Source of the DNA: Methanothermobacter tenebrarum
GTDB lineage: Archaea; Methanobacteriota; Methanobacteria; Methanobacteriales; DSM-23052
Assembly (NCBI RefSeq): GCF_003264935.1
Contig: NZ_QLOE01000001.1
Location: forward strand, 1-64,000
Direction: 5' to 3'
Length of the DNA stretch: 64,000 bases
Part shown: positions 62,493 through 64,000 of the stretch, piece by piece
How the letters are laid out: every line of letters starts with the position of its first letter
Numbering within the stretch: the stretch's first letter is position 1
Position numbers and translations under genes: made by a program
The notes under the pieces: model-generated
Database searches by the model: none
Told to the model about the DNA's origin: nothing
Seen by the model: the letters and a program-made list of their open reading frames with translations, nothing else

Positions 62493-63035
62493 TTAATAGT
62501 AGTCCCAGATTGTAACCTGCCAATTTTCAAGATCCACAGAATATACCATAATACAGTATTTGCCAGGGCCGCTTGTAACTTCTATTATCTCCCTTTTTTT
62601 GTTTGGGTATTCTGTAGCCCCCCATTCTATGGTTTTTGTTGCCACGATACTGTTATCTTTTATAACATCTACTTGCATACTGTTGGGTTGGTAGGTTATC
62701 ATTGGCACGGCAGACATTACAACCTTGAACTTGTCACCTTGTATGTTGAAGCACCTGTAATCATCATCTGAGCCTTTGAATGTCCCTAATTCATGCCATT
62801 CAGCCCCTTCATCTGTTGATGGGATTAATCCTCCATTGGATGGTTTCTCTATCTTGGGGGATATAGGGTTCTTTAGGGGAAATTCAGTGTATATTATCCC
62901 ACTTATAAAACCTAAAATTGCAACTAGGATGAAACATACTACAAGGAGTATTTTGGTAGCTTGCTCCAAGATAAAAAAACCCCCTTTAACATCTATTATC
63001 AAGATTTCCAATCGAATTTTTATGGTTTTAAGCAC
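62493..63035 (-). CDS. hypothetical exported or membrane-anchored protein
   Basis: 180 aa. N-terminal TM/signal segment, β-rich C-terminal domain. No motif. Confidence 0.3.
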   Translation of the reverse strand: MLKTIKIRLEILIIDVKGGFFILEQATKILLVVCFILVAILGFISGIIYTEFPLKNPISPKIEKPSNGGLIPSTDEGAEWHELGTFKGSDDDYRCFNIQGDKFKVVMSAVPMITYQPNSMQVDVIKDNSIVATKTIEWGATEYPNKKREIIEVTSGPGKYCIMVYSVDLENWQVTIWDYY

Positions 63036-63072
63036 CTTGAGAAGCCTATCTTATCTTGGGTTCATAGGAGGA

Positions 63073-63115
63073 TCCACCCCCCAATTCTTGGGGGGTGATG
63101 ATTAATTTTTTTTAA
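63073..63115 (+). terminator. 10-bp GC-rich perfect hairpin (CACCCCCCAA-TTC-TTGGGGGGTG) followed by a T-run. Intrinsic-terminator-like or regulatory palindrome.
   Basis: Read directly: caccccccaattcttggggggtg, then gatgattaattttttttaac. Confidence 0.3.
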
Positions 63116-63317
63116 CTTTTCGCCCAATAAAACAGATTTTAGGGGAGGTGTTCTATTGGGAGTCTTCATCCCTTCAGTGGATCTGTGGGATGATCTTATA
63201 TTCTTTTGGATATTGTAATATACTTTCATATTTTATATTCTTTTTGGTTACAATAGGAGTGTGTGGGGTTTTTTCCGGCGATAGAATTAAATAATATTCA
63301 CTTCAATTATTATTTGG

Positions 63318-63686
63318 GTGATATCCATGGTGAAGTGGGGTCCTGTAGTTATAGGTTTCATATTATCTATTATTTTTCCAATAATCTTAGAGTCCTTCAT
63401 GCCTAGGGGCGCATCTGTCCTGGGATTGTTCTTAGCAGGTTTTATAGTGGGTTTAATGGCGAAAGAGGGCGCCCTTGGAGGTTTCTGGAATGCTACGGTT
63501 GCTGGTGCGTTTGGTGGTATAATATTAGCCATGCTTCTAAGCATTTTCGGCGCCCTTATCGGTGGAATATTCGGTTTTTTCATAGGACTTTTCACAGGTA
63601 TTGCAGTGGTAATAGTCTTACTCTTAGTTTCGATGATATTCATGGGGATTGGAGGGGCTATAGGAGGTTTTCTAGCGGGAGAATAG
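63318..63686 (+). CDS. small Gly-zipper-rich integral membrane protein (DUF5518-like)
   Basis: 122 aa, 4 TM helices rich in GxxxG (…GGFWNATVAGAFGGIILAML… GIGGAIGGFLAG). Confidence 0.4.
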   Translation: MISMVKWGPVVIGFILSIIFPIILESFMPRGASVLGLFLAGFIVGLMAKEGALGGFWNATVAGAFGGIILAMLLSIFGALIGGIFGFFIGLFTGIAVVIVLLLVSMIFMGIGGAIGGFLAGE

Positions 63687-63757
63687 AAATTTTCCCCATT
63701 CTAAGGTTATTTTTAGATTATAGTTAATTCTAGAAATTATATTATCCGGGTGATCGA

Positions 63758-64000
63758 TATGCTTGTCGGCGTTGTTTCTGATACTCATGTACCTGATAGG
63801 GTTTCTGTCATCCCTGATAAGGTCTTTGAGGTTTTCAGTAGCGTGGACATGATACTCCATGCTGGTGATTTAACCTCATTGGATGTTAAAGATGAGCTTA
63901 ATAATTTAGCCCCCATGAAATGCGTTCAAGGTAACATGGATCGTTATTATGGTCTCGAACTTCCAAGGGATGAAATCCTAAAGGTAGATGGTCTAAGTAT
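63758..64000 (+). CDS. metallophosphoesterase (YfcE/MJ0936-like phosphodiesterase), 5' partial, runs off the window
   Basis: [14 protein letters not shown]… HAGDL… GNMD are the calcineurin-like phosphoesterase motifs I-III. Confidence 0.55.

Overview
This 64-kb window looks like a chromosomal segment from a methanogenic archaeon of the order Methanobacteriales, in the Methanobacterium / Methanothermobacter group. The evidence is an AT-rich, compact genome with GGAGGTGA-type ribosome-binding sites and TATA boxes, plus marker genes: a TfrB-type thiol:fumarate reductase subunit, archaeal apgM, ribosomal protein S3Ae, an RtcB-archease pair, Orc1/Cdc6, an MptE-like kinase, a 2-phosphoglycerate-kinase-like protein and iron-sulfur flavoprotein (Isf). 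Most of the window is densely packed housekeeping and metabolism genes. These include pyrE, glyS, dcd, a dut-like gene, acs, nadC, rnz, hisC, thiC, DNA ligase, rtcB, mtnP, a PaaK-ACT-IorAB aryl-acid module and a GlmU-GlmM-ApgM sugar-nucleotide cluster. I found no rRNA, tRNA, CRISPR array or classical mobile element. The observations most worth follow-up are as follows. (1) Two radical-SAM genes sit back to back under a frameshifted TetR regulator: a B12-binding radical SAM and a SPASM-domain radical SAM with a 110-aa N-terminal extension. This is a candidate lipid, cofactor or peptide modification module. (2) One phosphoglucosamine-mutase gene is disrupted by a perfect 77-bp tandem duplication, and the same roughly 150-bp stretch is near-identical in a diverged paralog 11 kb away, which suggests recent gene conversion. 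(3) A bacterial-type sortase lies in an operon with an MscS channel and a roadblock-like linker protein. (4) A MinD-centred cluster carries several uncharacterised proteins. (5) There are several short unannotated membrane ORFs and GC-palindrome / T-run elements in intergenic DNA. Many antisense ORFs in the supplied six-frame track are shadows of the real genes and were ignored.
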